NCBI GenBank assembly: GCA_964016885.1
Contig: OZ024747.1
Span: forward strand, 10,850,001 to 10,914,000
DNA length: 64,000 nt
DNA from: Eledone cirrhosa
Lineage: Eukaryota
Direction: 5' to 3'
Part shown: positions 26,871 to 42,675 of the stretch, one piece after another
Position numbering within the stretch: the stretch's first letter is position 1
Layout of the letters: every line of letters begins with the position of its first letter
Notes under the pieces: generated by a model
The model's input: only the letters and a program-made list of their open reading frames with translations
Told to the model about the DNA's origin: nothing
Databases searched by the model: none
Position numbers and translations under genes: made by a program

Positions 26871-27771
26871 CGATAGTTGTATTCATAAAATCGTCAATAG
26901 TTGTACTCGTCAATAGTTATATTCATAAAATCAAGATATACTCAGTTAACTTTGATCCAGATAATAAACTGCTCAAGATTTCGTTATATTGTTGTAGAAA
27001 TTGTGTCAACTTGTTTCTTCCCGGGCGGAAATCGTGCTGTGTTGTTAACAATTCTATCATAGCAAACGTTTATTATCCTTCTCTGTATAATTCTCCCCAG
27101 AACTTGTGATGTAAGTGATATATAGTCTAAAATTATATATACTTGTGGTGTAAGTGATATATAGTCTAAAATTACTTGTCTGCACTCTACGGCCTCATAT
27201 ATAAATCAACTCTTAGACAATTCAGCGTTATTAGAAGTCACTAATAGTTTGGAGATTATGTTTAAAAGGATGGAGCGAAGTTGGCCCCACGGACTTGGAA
27301 CCGAGTTTCCGTCGAGATTGCTTATTGTTTCATTTCCTGTTCCGTTTAGTAGGAAATATTTGTTTCTGTTTAATAGGAATATTGATTTCAATTGAGGAAC
27401 AACGCCAACAAATTTGAGGTAAGGATAAAGTTGATTAAATCAACCCCAGTATTTAACTGGTACTTTATTTTATTGACCCCGGAATGATAAAAGGCAAAGG
27501 TAACCCTGGCGGAATTCGAACTCAGAATGTAAAACACCACAACAAATTCTACGATGAGATGTTATCCGACGCTCTACCAATTCTGCCAGCCCAGCATAGT
27601 TATGCTGTAGAAATATTGCAAGAAACTTCGTCTGAAAAGTACGGAGCTATTTTGTCCAGTTTTCACTCCAATCTTAACACCTAATTTCTATGACACAGAT
27701 GATGTTTGTCAACCAGACTTGTCAGAGAATATAACGTCAGTCAACCATACAATATCTTTAGTTATAATGAA

Positions 27772-27950
27772 ATAATTGTTTCTAGTTTAGGCACAAGGCC
27801 AGCAATTCACCAGTGCATTACTGGTACTTTATTTTATCGACCCCGTAAGGATGAAAGGCAAAGTCAACCTCGGCGGGATTTGAACTCAGATCGTAAAGGG
27901 ACGTAACTATGCTGGAAAGCATGGCGTCCGACCCTCTACCGATACTGCCA
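27772..27950 (-). mobile_element. tRNA-derived SINE (main family)
   Basis: Full-length match to 8081-8260. An older relative lies at 27420-27590. Confidence 0.85.
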
Positions 27951-28181
27951 ATCCCGGCTTATTTACATGGCTTTGTGGTAAAGGTTGTTGGTCTTACGAT
28001 CGTAATGTCGTCAGTTCGGTTCAGGGGGTGGGTTGTGTTCTTCATGTTGCTCCAGTATACTTAGCTGAAAATGAGTACCAGTAATAGCTAGGGTTTAACC
28101 TGCAATGGACTGGTGAGGTCTTTAGCAACAGTCAAACCTTTCTTTGTATACTGAGCTGCTTTTCATTTTTATTTCCACGTA

Positions 28182-28521
<340 letters not shown>

Positions 28522-28592
28522 CATACACATACACACACACACAAATATATATATATATATATAATTAATACTTTTTATATATTAATATAATT

Positions 28593-28765
28593 AATTGTTT
28601 CTACGTTAGGCACAAAGCCAGCAATTACCCAGTGCATTACTGGTACTTTATTTTATCGAACCCGTAAGGATGAAAGGCAAAGTTAACCTCGGCGGGATTT
28701 GAACTCAGAATGGCAAGGGCCGTAACTCTATGCGTCAAAGCATGGCATCCGACACTCTACCAATC
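28593..28765 (-). mobile_element. tRNA-derived SINE (main family)
   Basis: Matches the 3247 copy. TSD tatattaatataattaat. Confidence 0.85.
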
Positions 28766-28846
28766 CTATATTAATATAATTAATACTTTTTATATATATA
28801 CATACACATACACACACACACATATATATATATAATTAATACTTTT

Positions 28847-28902
<56 letters not shown>

Positions 28903-29096
28903 ATTATACTTTGTGTGAGGGTTGACGTCTCTTGTATACATAAAATGAATATTTTCATATTTATGTGTATAGATGTCTACACGTTTATACACATATTATG
29001 TTGTATATGATTGCCTCTGTTTATATATACATACATACATCATACATATATAGCCTATGTATGTATGTGTGTATAAGTACATGTAAGCATTCACAT

Positions 29097-29140
<44 letters not shown>

Positions 29141-29203
29141 ATATTCATACATACATATACACACACATATATATATATATATGTATATATATATACTAAT
29201 ATA

Positions 29204-29271
<68 letters not shown>

Positions 29272-29302
29272 TATATACGTATATAAATGTATATATGTAT
29301 AC

Positions 29303-29350
<48 letters not shown>

Positions 29351-29461
29351 GTGTGTGTGTGTATGTATATATATATATATCATATATATATATACATACA
29401 CACACACATGTATATATACATATATATATGTGTGTGTGTGTGTATGTGTGTGTATGTGTAT

Positions 29462-29537
<76 letters not shown>

Positions 29538-29669
29538 TGTATAATCCTAGACTAGAGTGAGACACATTAAATAGCAAGCCGTCTCAACAGACGAGAGTCT
29601 ATTAATAGTTAATTAACGTTGTTTCTCTACAGTCGGCATTTATGGTGAATATTTCGACACCATGTCGAC

Positions 29670-32085
29670 AGTGGTGGTGGTTGTGGTGGTGTGGTGGTGG
29701 TGTGGTGGTGGTGGTGGTGGTGGTGGTGTAGTGGTGGTGTAGTGGTGGTGGTGGTGGTGGTGGTGGTGGTGGTGGTGTAGTGGTGGTGTAGTGGTGGTGG
29801 TGGTGGTGGTGGTGGTGGTGGTGGTGGTGGTGGTGGTGGTGGTGGTGTAGTGGTGGTGGTGTGGTGGTGGTGGTGGTGGTGTAGTGGTGGTGTAGTGGTG
29901 GTGTAGTGGTTGTGGGTGTGGTGGTGGTGGTGGTGGTGGTGGTGTAGTGGTGGTGGTGGTGTAGTGGTGGTGGTGGTGGTGGTGTAGTGGTGGTGTAGTG
30001 GTGGTGTAGTGGTGGTGGTGTGGTGGTGGTGGTGGTGGTGGTGGTGTAGTGGTGGTGTAGTGGTGGTGGTGGTGTAGTGGTGGTGGTGGTGGTGGTGGTG
30101 GTGGTGTAGTGGTGGTGGTGGTGTGGTGGTGGTGTGGTGGTGGTGTAGTGGTGGTGTAGTGGTTGTGGTGGTGTGGTGGTGATGTGGTGGTGGTGTAGTG
30201 GTGGTGTAGTGGTGGTATAGTGGTGGTGGTGGTGGTGGTGGTTGTGGTGGTGTGGTGGTGGTGTGGTGGTGGTGGTGGTGGTGGTGGTGTAGTGGTGGTG
30301 TAGTGGTGGTGGTGGTGGTGGTGGTGGTGGTGGTGGTGTAGTGGTGGTGTAGTGGTGGTGGTGGTGGTGGTGGTGGTGGTGGTGGTGGTGGTGGTGGTGG
30401 TGGTGTAGTGGTGGTGGTGTGGTGGTGGTGGTGGTGGTGTAGTGGTGGTGTAGTGGTGGTGTAGTGGTTGTGGTGTGGTGGTGGTGGTGGTGGTGTAGTG
30501 GTGGTGGTGGTGTAGTGGTGGTGGTGGTGGTGGTGTAGTGGTGGTGTAGTGGTGGTGTAGTGGTGGTGGTGTGGTGGTGGTGGTGGTGGTGGTGGTGTAG
30601 TGGTGGTGTAGTGGTGGTGGTGGTGTAGTGGTGGTGGTGGTGGTGGTGGTGGTGGTGTAGTGGTGGTGGTGGTGTGGTGGTGGTGTGGTGGTGGTGTAGT
30701 GGTGGTGTAGTGGTTGTGGTGGTGTGGTGGTGATGTGGTGGTGGTGTAGTGGTGGTGTAGTGGTGGTATAGTGGTGGTGGTGGTGGTGGTGGTGTAGTGG
30801 TGGTGGTGGGTGTGTGGTGGTGGTGGTGGTGTAGTGGTGGTGGTGGTGGTGGTGGTGTAAGGTGGTGTAGTGGTGTAGTGGTGGTGGTGGTGGTGGTGGT
30901 GGTGGTGGCGTAGTGGTGGTGGGTGTGTGGTGGTGGTGGTGGTGTAGTGGTGGTGGTGGTGGTGGTGGTGGTGGTGTTGTAGTGGTGGTGGTGTAGTGGT
31001 GGTGGTGGTGGTGGTGGTGGTGTAGTGGTGGTGGTGGTGGTGGTGGTGTAGTGGTGGTGGTGGTGGTGGTGGTGTAGTGGTGGTGGTGGTGGTGGTGTAG
31101 TGGTGGTGGTGGTGGTGGTGGTGGTGGTGGTGGTGGTGTAGTGGTGGTGGTGGTGGTGGTGGTGGTGGTGGTGGTGGGTGGTGGTGGTGGTGTGGTGGTG
31201 TAGTGGTGGTGGTGGTGGCGGTGGTGGTGGTGGTGGTGGTGGGTGGTGGTGGGTGGTGTAGTGGTGGTGGTGGTGGTGGTGGTGTTGTGGGTGGTGGTGG
31301 TGGTGTAGTGGTGGTGGTGGTGGTGTAGTGGTGGTGGTGGTGGTGGTGGTGGTGGTGTAGTGGTGGTGGTGGTGGTGGTGGTGTAGTGGTGGTGGTGGTG
31401 GTGGTGGGTGTGGTGGTGGTGGTGGTGGTGTAGTGGTGGTGTAGTGGTGGTGGTGGTGTGTGGTGGTGTAGTGGTGGTGGTGGTGGTGGTGGTGGGGGTG
31501 TAGTGGTGGTGGTGGTGGTGGTGGTGGTGGTGGTGGTGGTGGTGGTGTAGTGGTGGGTGGTGGTGGTGGTGGTGGTGGTGGTGGTGGTGTGGTGGTGTAG
31601 TGGTGTAGTGGTGGTGGTGGTGGTGGTGGTGGTGGTGTAGTGGTGGTGTAGTGGTGTAGTGGTGGTGGTGGTGGTGGTGGTGGTGGGTGTGGTGGTGGTG
31701 GGTGGTGGTGGTGGTGGTGGTGGTGGTGGTGTGTGGTGGTGGTGGTGGTGTGGTGGTGGTGGTGGTGGTGGTGGTGGGTGGTGGTGGTGGTGTGGTGGTG
31801 GTGGTGGTGGTGGTGGGGGTGGTGGTGGTGGTGGGTTGGTGGGTGGTGTAGTGGTGGTGGTGGTGGTGGTGGTAGTGGTGGTGGGTTGGTGGTGATGGTG
31901 ATAGTGGTGGTGGTGGTGGTGGTGGGTTGGTGGTGGTAGTGGGGTTGGTGGTGGGTTGTTGGTGGTGTAGTGGTGGTAGTGGTGGTGTGGTGGTGGGTTG
32001 GTGGTGGTGGTGGTGGTGGTGGTGGTGGTGGTGGTGGTGGGGTTGGTGGTGGGTTGTTGGTGGTGTAGTGGTGGTGGTGGTGGTG
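29670..32085. repeat. ~2.4-kb (GGT)n array with periodic GTAGT/GTGT interruptions
   Basis: Directly visible. A second copy lies at 36309-37057. Confidence 0.95.
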
Positions 32086-32820
32086 AGGAAGGTGAGAAGA
32101 ATCTGAGTAAAATGGAAGAAGGGACGATGGGGTATGTGGGAGGGTATGTGTTGTAGAGTTGATGATGATGATGATGGTGTTTGTGGTTGTGGTAATGATG
32201 GTAACGATGATGATGATGACGACGGCGACAATCGTTATGACGATGATGATGATGATGAAGATGAAGATGACGATAATGATGATGATGATGATGATGGTGA
32301 CGATGGTGACGATAATTATCGCAATCTCAGACGATATTATAGAACACGAGTTAGGAAAGGAAAGACTTAATCAGTCCCTTTAAAAACTAGGACCCCACAT
32401 TACTAGAGCCAGGAATATATAGGCCTTCTAGGTGTTTTAAATGTCACCTAAGATTTAGACAGAAGCAATTAGAGGCCCTATACAACGCCCATATGATAAA
32501 CTCTATCTTAACAACACTTCTAACCACTATGCTATCCCTGTCAAAGACCTAGTTAGAATTACAAGTCAACGAATATTCAAATATATTTAAATATGACAAA
32601 AAAAGTACATTATTAGAAATCCGAGTAGAGAGTCGGACGCCATGCTTTCCAGCATAGTTACGTCCCTTTACAGTCTGAGTTCAAATCCCGCCGAGGTTTA
32701 CTTTGCCTTTCATCCTTACGGGGTCGTATTTCTATTTTTCTATTCTTGGGTAAACTACTCTGCACAGCATTCTTACCCCTATTCCTTTTCCAGTTGAAAC
32801 GTCCTTGTTATTTTATTTCA

Positions 32821-32888
<68 letters not shown>

Positions 32889-32889
32889 C

Positions 32890-33085
<196 letters not shown>

Positions 33086-33246
33086 CTGGTCATTCCGTAT
33101 GGTCAATCTCGATGTAATATTATGGAGAGTACTCAACGTAATGCAACTCACCCGTCTTCGTTTGTGTAGTTGGTGTTGCGAGTACGGAGTTAATTATTAT
33201 AAAATAACAGGAGGCTAGACTGGTGTAAATCCTTGAAAGGTTTATT

Positions 33247-33304
33247 ATACTATGATCATTTCAATGACCGGGTTCAGTATGAATCCGGTGACATCATCAG
33301 GTAT
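33247..33304 (-). ncRNA. Type I hammerhead ribozyme (family H, minus copy; duplicate 38159-38216)
   Basis: Minus strand: ATAC-CTGATGA-tgtcaccggattcatactgaacccggtcatt-GAA-ATGATCAT-A^GTAT-AATAAA. Confidence 0.75.
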
Positions 33305-33510
33305 TCAAAATATAACACAGGAATATAACAGATAAAATCCATGGGCTGAAAATCAGAGAGAAGAGGACGACCGACTATTTAAGTAGACTTAATAATCAAC
33401 ACTCGAGGGCGGCCGATCGAGGTAGAAGCTGCTAAATAGTCGGTCGTCCTCTTGTCTCTGATTTTCAGCCCCATGGATTTTATCTGTTATATTCCTGTGT
33501 TATATTTTGA

Positions 33511-33568
33511 ATACCTGATGATGTCACCGGATTCATACTGAACCCAGTCATTGAAATGATCATAGTAT
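33511..33568 (+). ncRNA. Type I hammerhead ribozyme (family H, plus copy; duplicate 38423-38480)
   Basis: ATAC/GTAT stem I, CTGATGA, hairpin stem II, palindromic ATGATCAT stem III, AUA site, AATAAA next. Confidence 0.75.
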
Positions 33569-33612
33569 AATAAACCTTTCAAGGATTTACACCAGTCCAG
33601 CCTCCTGTTATT

Positions 33613-33852
<240 letters not shown>

Positions 33853-33854
33853 CA

Positions 33855-33990
33855 ATGATATTAAATAAATGGAAACTATATATATAAAACCATATTTATT
33901 CTATTATATATATTTCAAGGGCACTAAAACTTTGGTACACTTTCATCAGATAAAACACAAAGTTTGTTTTATAAATTTTGACATAACCAA
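33855..33990 (-). mobile_element. PLE-like 3' end, family J, with degenerate hammerhead core (other copies 38553-38727 +, 38787-38920 -, 54225-54372 +)
   Basis: CTGA(T/G)GA-AAG/AGG..hairpin..CCTT-GAAATATAT..AATAAA. Stem I pairing is poor. Confidence 0.5.
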
Positions 33991-34191
33991 GAAAAGATAC
34001 CTTAACGGTTCAAGTTTTCCTTGGATAGTGAAGGGAGAAGAGAAGAAAAGTCAGATATTTCAAGTTATTAAAGATGAGTATGCAAATGAGGTTGAGGTAT
34101 AGGGCTGAATATATATATATATTATAAAATAATATTGTTTTTTCGTATGTGTACATATGTGTGCTGGCACACACACACACATATATGTATG

Positions 34192-34222
<31 letters not shown>

Positions 34223-34600
34223 GGAGAGAGGGGGGGGGGGCGAAGGAAAAATAAATGATTGAATGAATGAAATGAAGAATGAAAATATGTGTATGAATGA
34301 TGGGAGACAAATGGAACCAGAGAGAGAGGGGATGGGGGGAGATGGAGAGAGAGCGAGAGAGGGGAGAGAGATGAAGAGAGAAAGGGAGAGGGAATGAGGG
34401 AGAAAGATGGACAAAGATGGAGCCAGAGAGAGAGAGGGGGAGGGAGAGAGAGAGTTAGAGAGAAAGAGAGGTAGAGGGAGGTAGAGAGAGAGAGAGAGAA
34501 GGAGGGAGAGGGGAGAGAGAGAGATAGAGAGGTAGAGAGAGGGAGAGAGAGAGTAAGGAGATTCGAAGACAACAAGAAAATAAGAGAGAGAGAGACGTAG

Positions 34601-34690
<90 letters not shown>

Positions 34691-34807
34691 ACATATATAT
34701 ATTTAACAGAGAGAAACAGAGAGAGAGAGAGAGACCTAGAAACACACACACACACACACTCACACACACACACACACTCTCACACACTCTCACACACATA
34801 TATATAT

Positions 34808-34885
34808 TTAACAGAGAGAAACAGAGAGAGAGAGAGACCTAGACCTCTCCACACAAACACACACTGTATATATGTGTATGTGTGT

Positions 34886-34930
<45 letters not shown>

Positions 34931-34964
34931 AAAGAGAGAGAAAGAAAAAGAGACAGAACGTCCT

Positions 34965-35020
<56 letters not shown>

Positions 35021-35021
35021 C

Positions 35022-35056
<35 letters not shown>

Positions 35057-35120
35057 GAGAGGGGGAGAGAGACCTAGACCTCTCCACACAAACACACACT
35101 GTATATATGTGTATGTGTGT

Positions 35121-35193
<73 letters not shown>

Positions 35194-35233
35194 TGTGAAA
35201 AAGAGAGAGAAAGAAAAAGAGACAGAACGTCCT

Positions 35234-35285
<52 letters not shown>

Positions 35286-35286
35286 C

Positions 35287-35321
<35 letters not shown>

Positions 35322-35385
35322 GAGAGGGGGAGAGAGACCTAGACCTCTCCACACAAACACACACTGTATATATGTGTATGTGTGT

Positions 35386-35442
<57 letters not shown>

Positions 35443-35480
35443 TGTGAAAAAGAGAGAGAAAGAAAAAGAGACAGAACGTC

Positions 35481-35537
<57 letters not shown>

Positions 35538-35539
35538 AC

Positions 35540-35572
<33 letters not shown>

Positions 35573-35666
35573 GAGAGGGGGGAGAGAGACCTAGACCTCT
35601 CCACACAAACACACACTGTATATATGTGTATGTGTGTGATGGAGAGAGAGAGAGAGAGAGAGAAAG

Positions 35667-35703
<37 letters not shown>

Positions 35704-35761
35704 AAAGAGAGAGAAAGAAAAAGAGACAGAACGTCCTACACAACACACACACACACACACT

Positions 35762-35798
<37 letters not shown>

Positions 35799-35799
35799 C

Positions 35800-35834
<35 letters not shown>

Positions 35835-35898
35835 GAGGGGGGGAGAGAGACCTAGACCTCTCCACACAAACACACACTGTATATATGTGTATGTGTGT

Positions 35899-35937
<39 letters not shown>

Positions 35938-36002
35938 AAAGAGAGAGAAAGAAAAAGAGACAGAACGTCCTACACACACACACACACACACACTCACATA
36001 TA

Positions 36003-36039
<37 letters not shown>

Positions 36040-36040
36040 C

Positions 36041-36077
<37 letters not shown>

Positions 36078-36108
36078 GAGGGGGGGAGAGAGACCTAGAC
36101 CTCTCCAC
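34808..36108. repeat. Higher-order tandem repeat (~220-260-bp unit) built from (GA)n,(CA)n,(TA)n with fixed spacers; continues at 39590-41115
   Basis: Fixed spacers gacctagacctctccacacaaacacacactg, gtgaaaaagagagagaaagaaaaagagacagaacgtccta and taacag. Confidence 0.9.
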
Positions 36109-36308
36109 NNNNNNNNNNNNNNNNNNNNNNNNNNNNNNNNNNNNNNNNNNNNNNNNNNNNNNNNNNNNNNNNNNNNNNNNNNNNNNNNNNNNNNNNNNNN
36201 NNNNNNNNNNNNNNNNNNNNNNNNNNNNNNNNNNNNNNNNNNNNNNNNNNNNNNNNNNNNNNNNNNNNNNNNNNNNNNNNNNNNNNNNNNNNNNNNNNNN
36301 NNNNNNNN
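36109..36308. other. Assembly gap (200 N)
   Basis: Run of N. Confidence 1.
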
Positions 36309-37794
36309 GGTGTAGTGGTGGTGGTGGTGGTGGTGGTGGTGTGGTGGTGGTGGTGGTGGTGTAGTGGTGGTGTAGTGGTGGTGGTGGTGTAGTGGTGGTG
36401 TAGTGGTGGTGGTGGTGGTGGTGGTGGTGGTGTAGTGGTGGTGGTGGTGGTGGTGGTGGTGGTGGTGGTGGTGGTGGTGTGTGGTGTGGTGGTGGTGGTG
36501 TGGTGGTGGTGGTGGTGGTGGTGGTGGTGGTGGTGGTGGTGGTGGTGGTGGTGGTGGTGTGGTGGTGTAGTGGTGTAGTGGTGGTGGTGGTGGTGGTGGT
36601 GTGTGGTGTAGTGGTGGTGTAGTGGTGTAGTGGTGGTGGTGGTGGTGGTGGTGGTGTAGTGGTGGTGGTGGTGGTGGTGGTGGTGGTGGTGGTGTAGTGG
36701 TGGTGGTGGTGGTGTGGTGGTGGTGGTGGTGGTGGTGGTGGTGGTGGTGGTGGTGGTGGTGGTGGTGGTGGTGGTGGTGGTGGTGGTGGTGGTGGTGGTG
36801 GTGGGTTGGTGGTGGTGTAGTGGTGGTGGTGGCTGGTGGTAGTGGTGGTGGGTTGGTGGTGATGGTGATAGTGGTGGTGGTGGTGGTGGTGGGTTGGTGG
36901 TGGTAGTGGGGTTGGTGGTGGGTTGTTGGTGGTGTGTAGTGGTGGTAGTGGTGGTGTTGGTGGTGGGTTGGTGGTGGTGGTGGTGTGGTGGTGGTGGTGG
37001 TGGTGGTGGTGGGGTTGGTGGTGGGTTGTTGGTGGTGTAGTGGTGGTGGTGGTGGTGAGGAAGGTGAGAAAGGATCTGAGTAAAATGGAAGAAGGGGACG
37101 ATGGGGTATGTGGGAGGGTATGTGTTGTAGAGTTGATGATGATGATGATGGTGTTTGTGGTTGTGGTAATGATGGTAACGATGATGATGATGACGACGGC
37201 GACAATCGTTATGACGATGATGATGATGATGAAGATGAAGATGACGATAATGATGATGATGATGATGATGGTGACGATGGTGACGATAATTATCGCAATC
37301 TCAGACGATATTATAGAACACGAGTTAGGAAAGGAAAGACTTAATCAGTCCCTTTAAAAACTAGGACCCCACATTACTAGAGCCAGGAATATATAGGCCT
37401 TCTAGGTGTTTTAAATGTCACCTAAGATTTAGACAGAAGCAATTAGAGGCCCTATACAACGCCCATATGATAAACTCTATCTTAACAACACTTCTAACCA
37501 CTATGCTATCCCTGTCAAAGACCTAGTTAGAATTACAAGTCAACGAATATTCAAATATATTTAAATATGACAAAAAAAGTACATTATTAGAAATCCGAGT
37601 AGAGAGTCGGACGCCATGCTTTCCAGCATAGTTACGTCCCTTTACAGTCTGAGTTCAAATCCCGCCGAGGTTTACTTTGCCTTTCATCCTTACGGGGTCG
37701 TATTTCTATTTTTCTATTCTTGGGTAAACTACTCTGCACAGCATTCTTACCCCTATTCCTTTTCCAGTTGAAACGTCCTTGTTATTTTATTTCA

Positions 37795-37936
<142 letters not shown>

Positions 37937-37937
37937 C

Positions 37938-37997
<60 letters not shown>

Positions 37998-38724
37998 CTG
38001 GTCATTCCGTATGGTCAATCTCGATGTAATACTATGGAGAGCACTCAACGTAATGCAACTCACCCGTCTTCGTTTGTGTAGTTGGTGTTGCGAGTACGGA
38101 GTTAACTATTATAAAATAACAGGAGGCTGGACTGGTGTAAATCCTTGAAAGGTTTATTATACTATGATCATTTCAATGACCGGGTTCAGTATGAATCCGG
38201 TGACATCATCAGGTATTCAAAATATAACACAGGAATATAACAGATAAAATCCATGGGGCTGAAAATCAGAGAGAAGAGGACGACCGACTATTTAAGTAGA
38301 CCTAATAATCAACACTCGAGGGCGGCCGATCGAGGTAGAAGCTGCTAAATAGTCGGTCGTCCTCTTGTCTCTGATTTTCAGCCCATGGATTTTATCTGTT
38401 ATATTCCTGTGTTATATTTTGAATACCTGATGATGTCCCCGGATTCATACGGAACCCGGTCATTGAAATGATCATAGTATAATAAACCTTTCAAGGATTT
38501 ACACCAGTCCAGCCTCCTTTATTTTATTATTATATATATATATATATATATACATGGAAAGTTATATTTAAATTGTTGGGTATGTCAAATCTATTTATCT
38601 ATAAAACTGTCTATATTGTATTTTGTCTGAGGAAGGCATAGCATATTGTTAATATGATATCCCTGAAATATATATAATGAAATAAATATGGTTTTATAAA
38701 TATACTTTCCATTTATTTAATATC

Positions 38725-38787
<63 letters not shown>

Positions 38788-39112
38788 CAATGATATTAAA
38801 TAAATGGAAGCTATATTTATAAAACCATATTTATTCTATATTTCAAGGGTACCAAAACTTTGGTACACTTTCATCAGATAAAATACAAATCTTGTTTTAT
38901 AAATTTTGACATAACCAAGAAAAGATACCTTAACGGTTCAAGTTTTCCTTGGATAGTGAAAGGAAAAGAGAAGAAAAGTCAGATATTTCAAGTTATTAAA
39001 GATGAGTATGCAAATGAGGTTGAGGTATAGGGCTGAATATATATATATATTATAAAATATTGTTTTTTCGTATGTGTACATGTGTGCTGGCACACACACA
39101 CATATATGTATG

Positions 39113-39149
<37 letters not shown>

Positions 39150-39546
39150 GGAGAGAGGGTAGGGGGGGGGGGCGATGGAAAAATAAATGATTGAATGAAT
39201 GAAATGAAGAATGAAAATATGTGTATGAATGATGGGAGACAAATGGAACCAGAGAGAGAGGGGAGGGGGAGGGGGAGAGAGAGCGAGAGAGGGGAGAGAG
39301 ATGAAGAGAGAAAGGGAGAGGGAATGAGGGAGAAAGATGGACAAAGATGGAGCCAGAGAGAGAGAGGGGGAGGGAGAGAGAGAGGTAGAGGGAGGTAGAG
39401 AGAGAGAGAGAGAGAGAGAAGGAGGGGGAGGGAGAGAGAGAAACAGATAGAGAGGTAGAGAGAGGGAGAGAGAGAGAGTAGGGAGATTCGAAGACAACAA
39501 GAAAATCAGAGAGAGACCTAGAAACACACACACACACACACACACT

Positions 39547-39635
<89 letters not shown>

Positions 39636-39764
39636 GAGGGGGAGAGAGACCTAGACCTCTCCACACAAACACACACTGTATATATGTGTATGTGTGTGAT
39701 AGAGAGAGAGAGAGAGAGAGAGAGAGTGAAAAAGAGAGAGAAAGAAAAAGAGACAGAACGTCCT

Positions 39765-39816
<52 letters not shown>

Positions 39817-39817
39817 C

Positions 39818-39852
<35 letters not shown>

Positions 39853-39917
39853 GAGAGAGAGGGAGAGAGACCTAGACCTCTCCACACAAACACACACTGT
39901 ATATATGTGTATGTGTG

Positions 39918-39963
<46 letters not shown>

Positions 39964-39997
39964 AAAGAGAGAGAAAGAAAAAGAGACAGAACGTCCT

Positions 39998-40085
<88 letters not shown>

Positions 40086-40133
40086 CCTAGACCTCTCCAC
40101 ACAAACACACACTGTATGTATGTGTATGTGTGT

Positions 40134-40188
<55 letters not shown>

Positions 40189-40222
40189 AAAGAGAGAGAA
40201 AGAAAAAGAGACAGAACGTCCT

Positions 40223-40272
<50 letters not shown>

Positions 40273-40273
40273 C

Positions 40274-40304
<31 letters not shown>

Positions 40305-40364
40305 GGGGGAGAGAGACCTAGACCTCTCCACACAAACACACACTGTATATATGTGTATGTGTGT

Positions 40365-40417
<53 letters not shown>

Positions 40418-40451
40418 AAAGAGAGAGAAAGAAAAAGAGACAGAACGTCCT

Positions 40452-40537
<86 letters not shown>

Positions 40538-40583
40538 CCTAGACCTCTCCACACAAACACACACTATATATGTGTATGTGTGT

Positions 40584-40654
<71 letters not shown>

Positions 40655-40688
40655 AAAGAGAGAGAAAGAAAAAGAGACAGAACGTCCT

Positions 40689-40774
<86 letters not shown>

Positions 40775-40820
40775 CCTAGACCTCTCCACACAAACACACA
40801 CTATATATGTGTATGTGTGT

Positions 40821-40891
<71 letters not shown>

Positions 40892-40925
40892 AAAGAGAGA
40901 GAAAGAAAAAGAGACAGAACGTCCT

Positions 40926-40956
<31 letters not shown>

Positions 40957-40969
40957 TATATATATATAT

Positions 40970-41012
<43 letters not shown>

Positions 41013-41065
41013 AGAGAGACCTAGACCTCTCCACACAAACACACACTGTATATATGTGTATGTGT

Positions 41066-41117
<52 letters not shown>

Positions 41118-41330
41118 TATTTAGGGAAGAAGTGACTTAAAGAGATACGGCGCCACTCACCAACCATATCTGTTCACGGTGAGTACAGTGTTCTATTCTC
41201 AGCCAAGGCCGTCACACATCGTTACACATCACTGCAGACAGTCATTGTTCTTATTGTTGTTGTTGTTGTTATTGTTGTTGTTGTTATTATTAAATATTTC
41301 GTCCTTTTTCTCTATTTTTTATTTATTCAT

Positions 41331-41410
<80 letters not shown>

Positions 41411-41411
41411 C

Positions 41412-41501
<90 letters not shown>

Positions 41502-41502
41502 A

Positions 41503-41533
<31 letters not shown>

Positions 41534-41584
41534 GTATATTATATATATATATATACTATATATATTATAATATAAATATATATA

Positions 41585-41633
<49 letters not shown>

Positions 41634-41652
41634 TATATATATATATATATAT

Positions 41653-41746
<94 letters not shown>

Positions 41747-42080
41747 GTGTTTATATATATATATATATATTAGATAAACAGAAAACAAAGCAAGAAACTG
41801 TAGAAAACAAAAGAAAACAATACTAAGGCGAAATACGATGAAAAAGTGTCAAGCATCAGTAAATATCTGTTTTAATTTTTCATTTTACCAGCCTATCGCC
41901 ATATTGTTTTCATTGGCTGCCATTTTCATTTCTTATTTTTTAAAACTTCTTTCTTTTATATTTCATTGTTTCTTATTTTAGTTTATCTTTTAATTTCAGC
42001 TTTTTTCTTTTTCTCTTTTTCATTGTTCTTTTCTTTTTATTATTTTCATTGTTCTTTCGTATTTTTTCCCCTTGTTAGCT

Positions 42081-42162
<82 letters not shown>

Positions 42163-42248
42163 CTACTTTTATTTCGATATATATATACTTCATGCGTGGG
42201 TTTTTATTGGCAGCATGATCCTCCCAAAGTATAATAATATATATATAC

Positions 42249-42308
<60 letters not shown>

Positions 42309-42358
42309 ATATATAGTAGTATAAGGTGCATAGAAAGCAATTTTCTTGCACCTATACA

Positions 42359-42426
<68 letters not shown>

Positions 42427-42675
42427 TATATATTCTTTTATTTCTTCGCGCTTTCTATTTTGATTTTGATGACATAAATGGATTGGGTGGTAGACTTAAA
42501 CCATCACCTGGTTCCATTTGTAAGCCATTGCTCAATCTATGTTACAGTTGAAGACACCTAAGGTGCCGTGCAGTGAAATTGAACCAGGAACTATGTATTT
42601 AAGAAATGAATTTCTGATCAACACCATTATGCCAACACTTACATCGTTTTAGAAGGTTACCTTTCGCCAGAATAA

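Noticed and set aside
29620-29670. Acceptor-like tttctctacag followed by GIYGEYFDTMST
   Set aside because: It runs straight into the (GGT)n array, with no donor site or homology.
34808-36108. CRISPR-like repeat/spacer appearance (also 49075 and 50468)
   Set aside because: The intervening sequences are microsatellites or near-identical rather than unique spacers. The context is eukaryotic and there are no cas genes.
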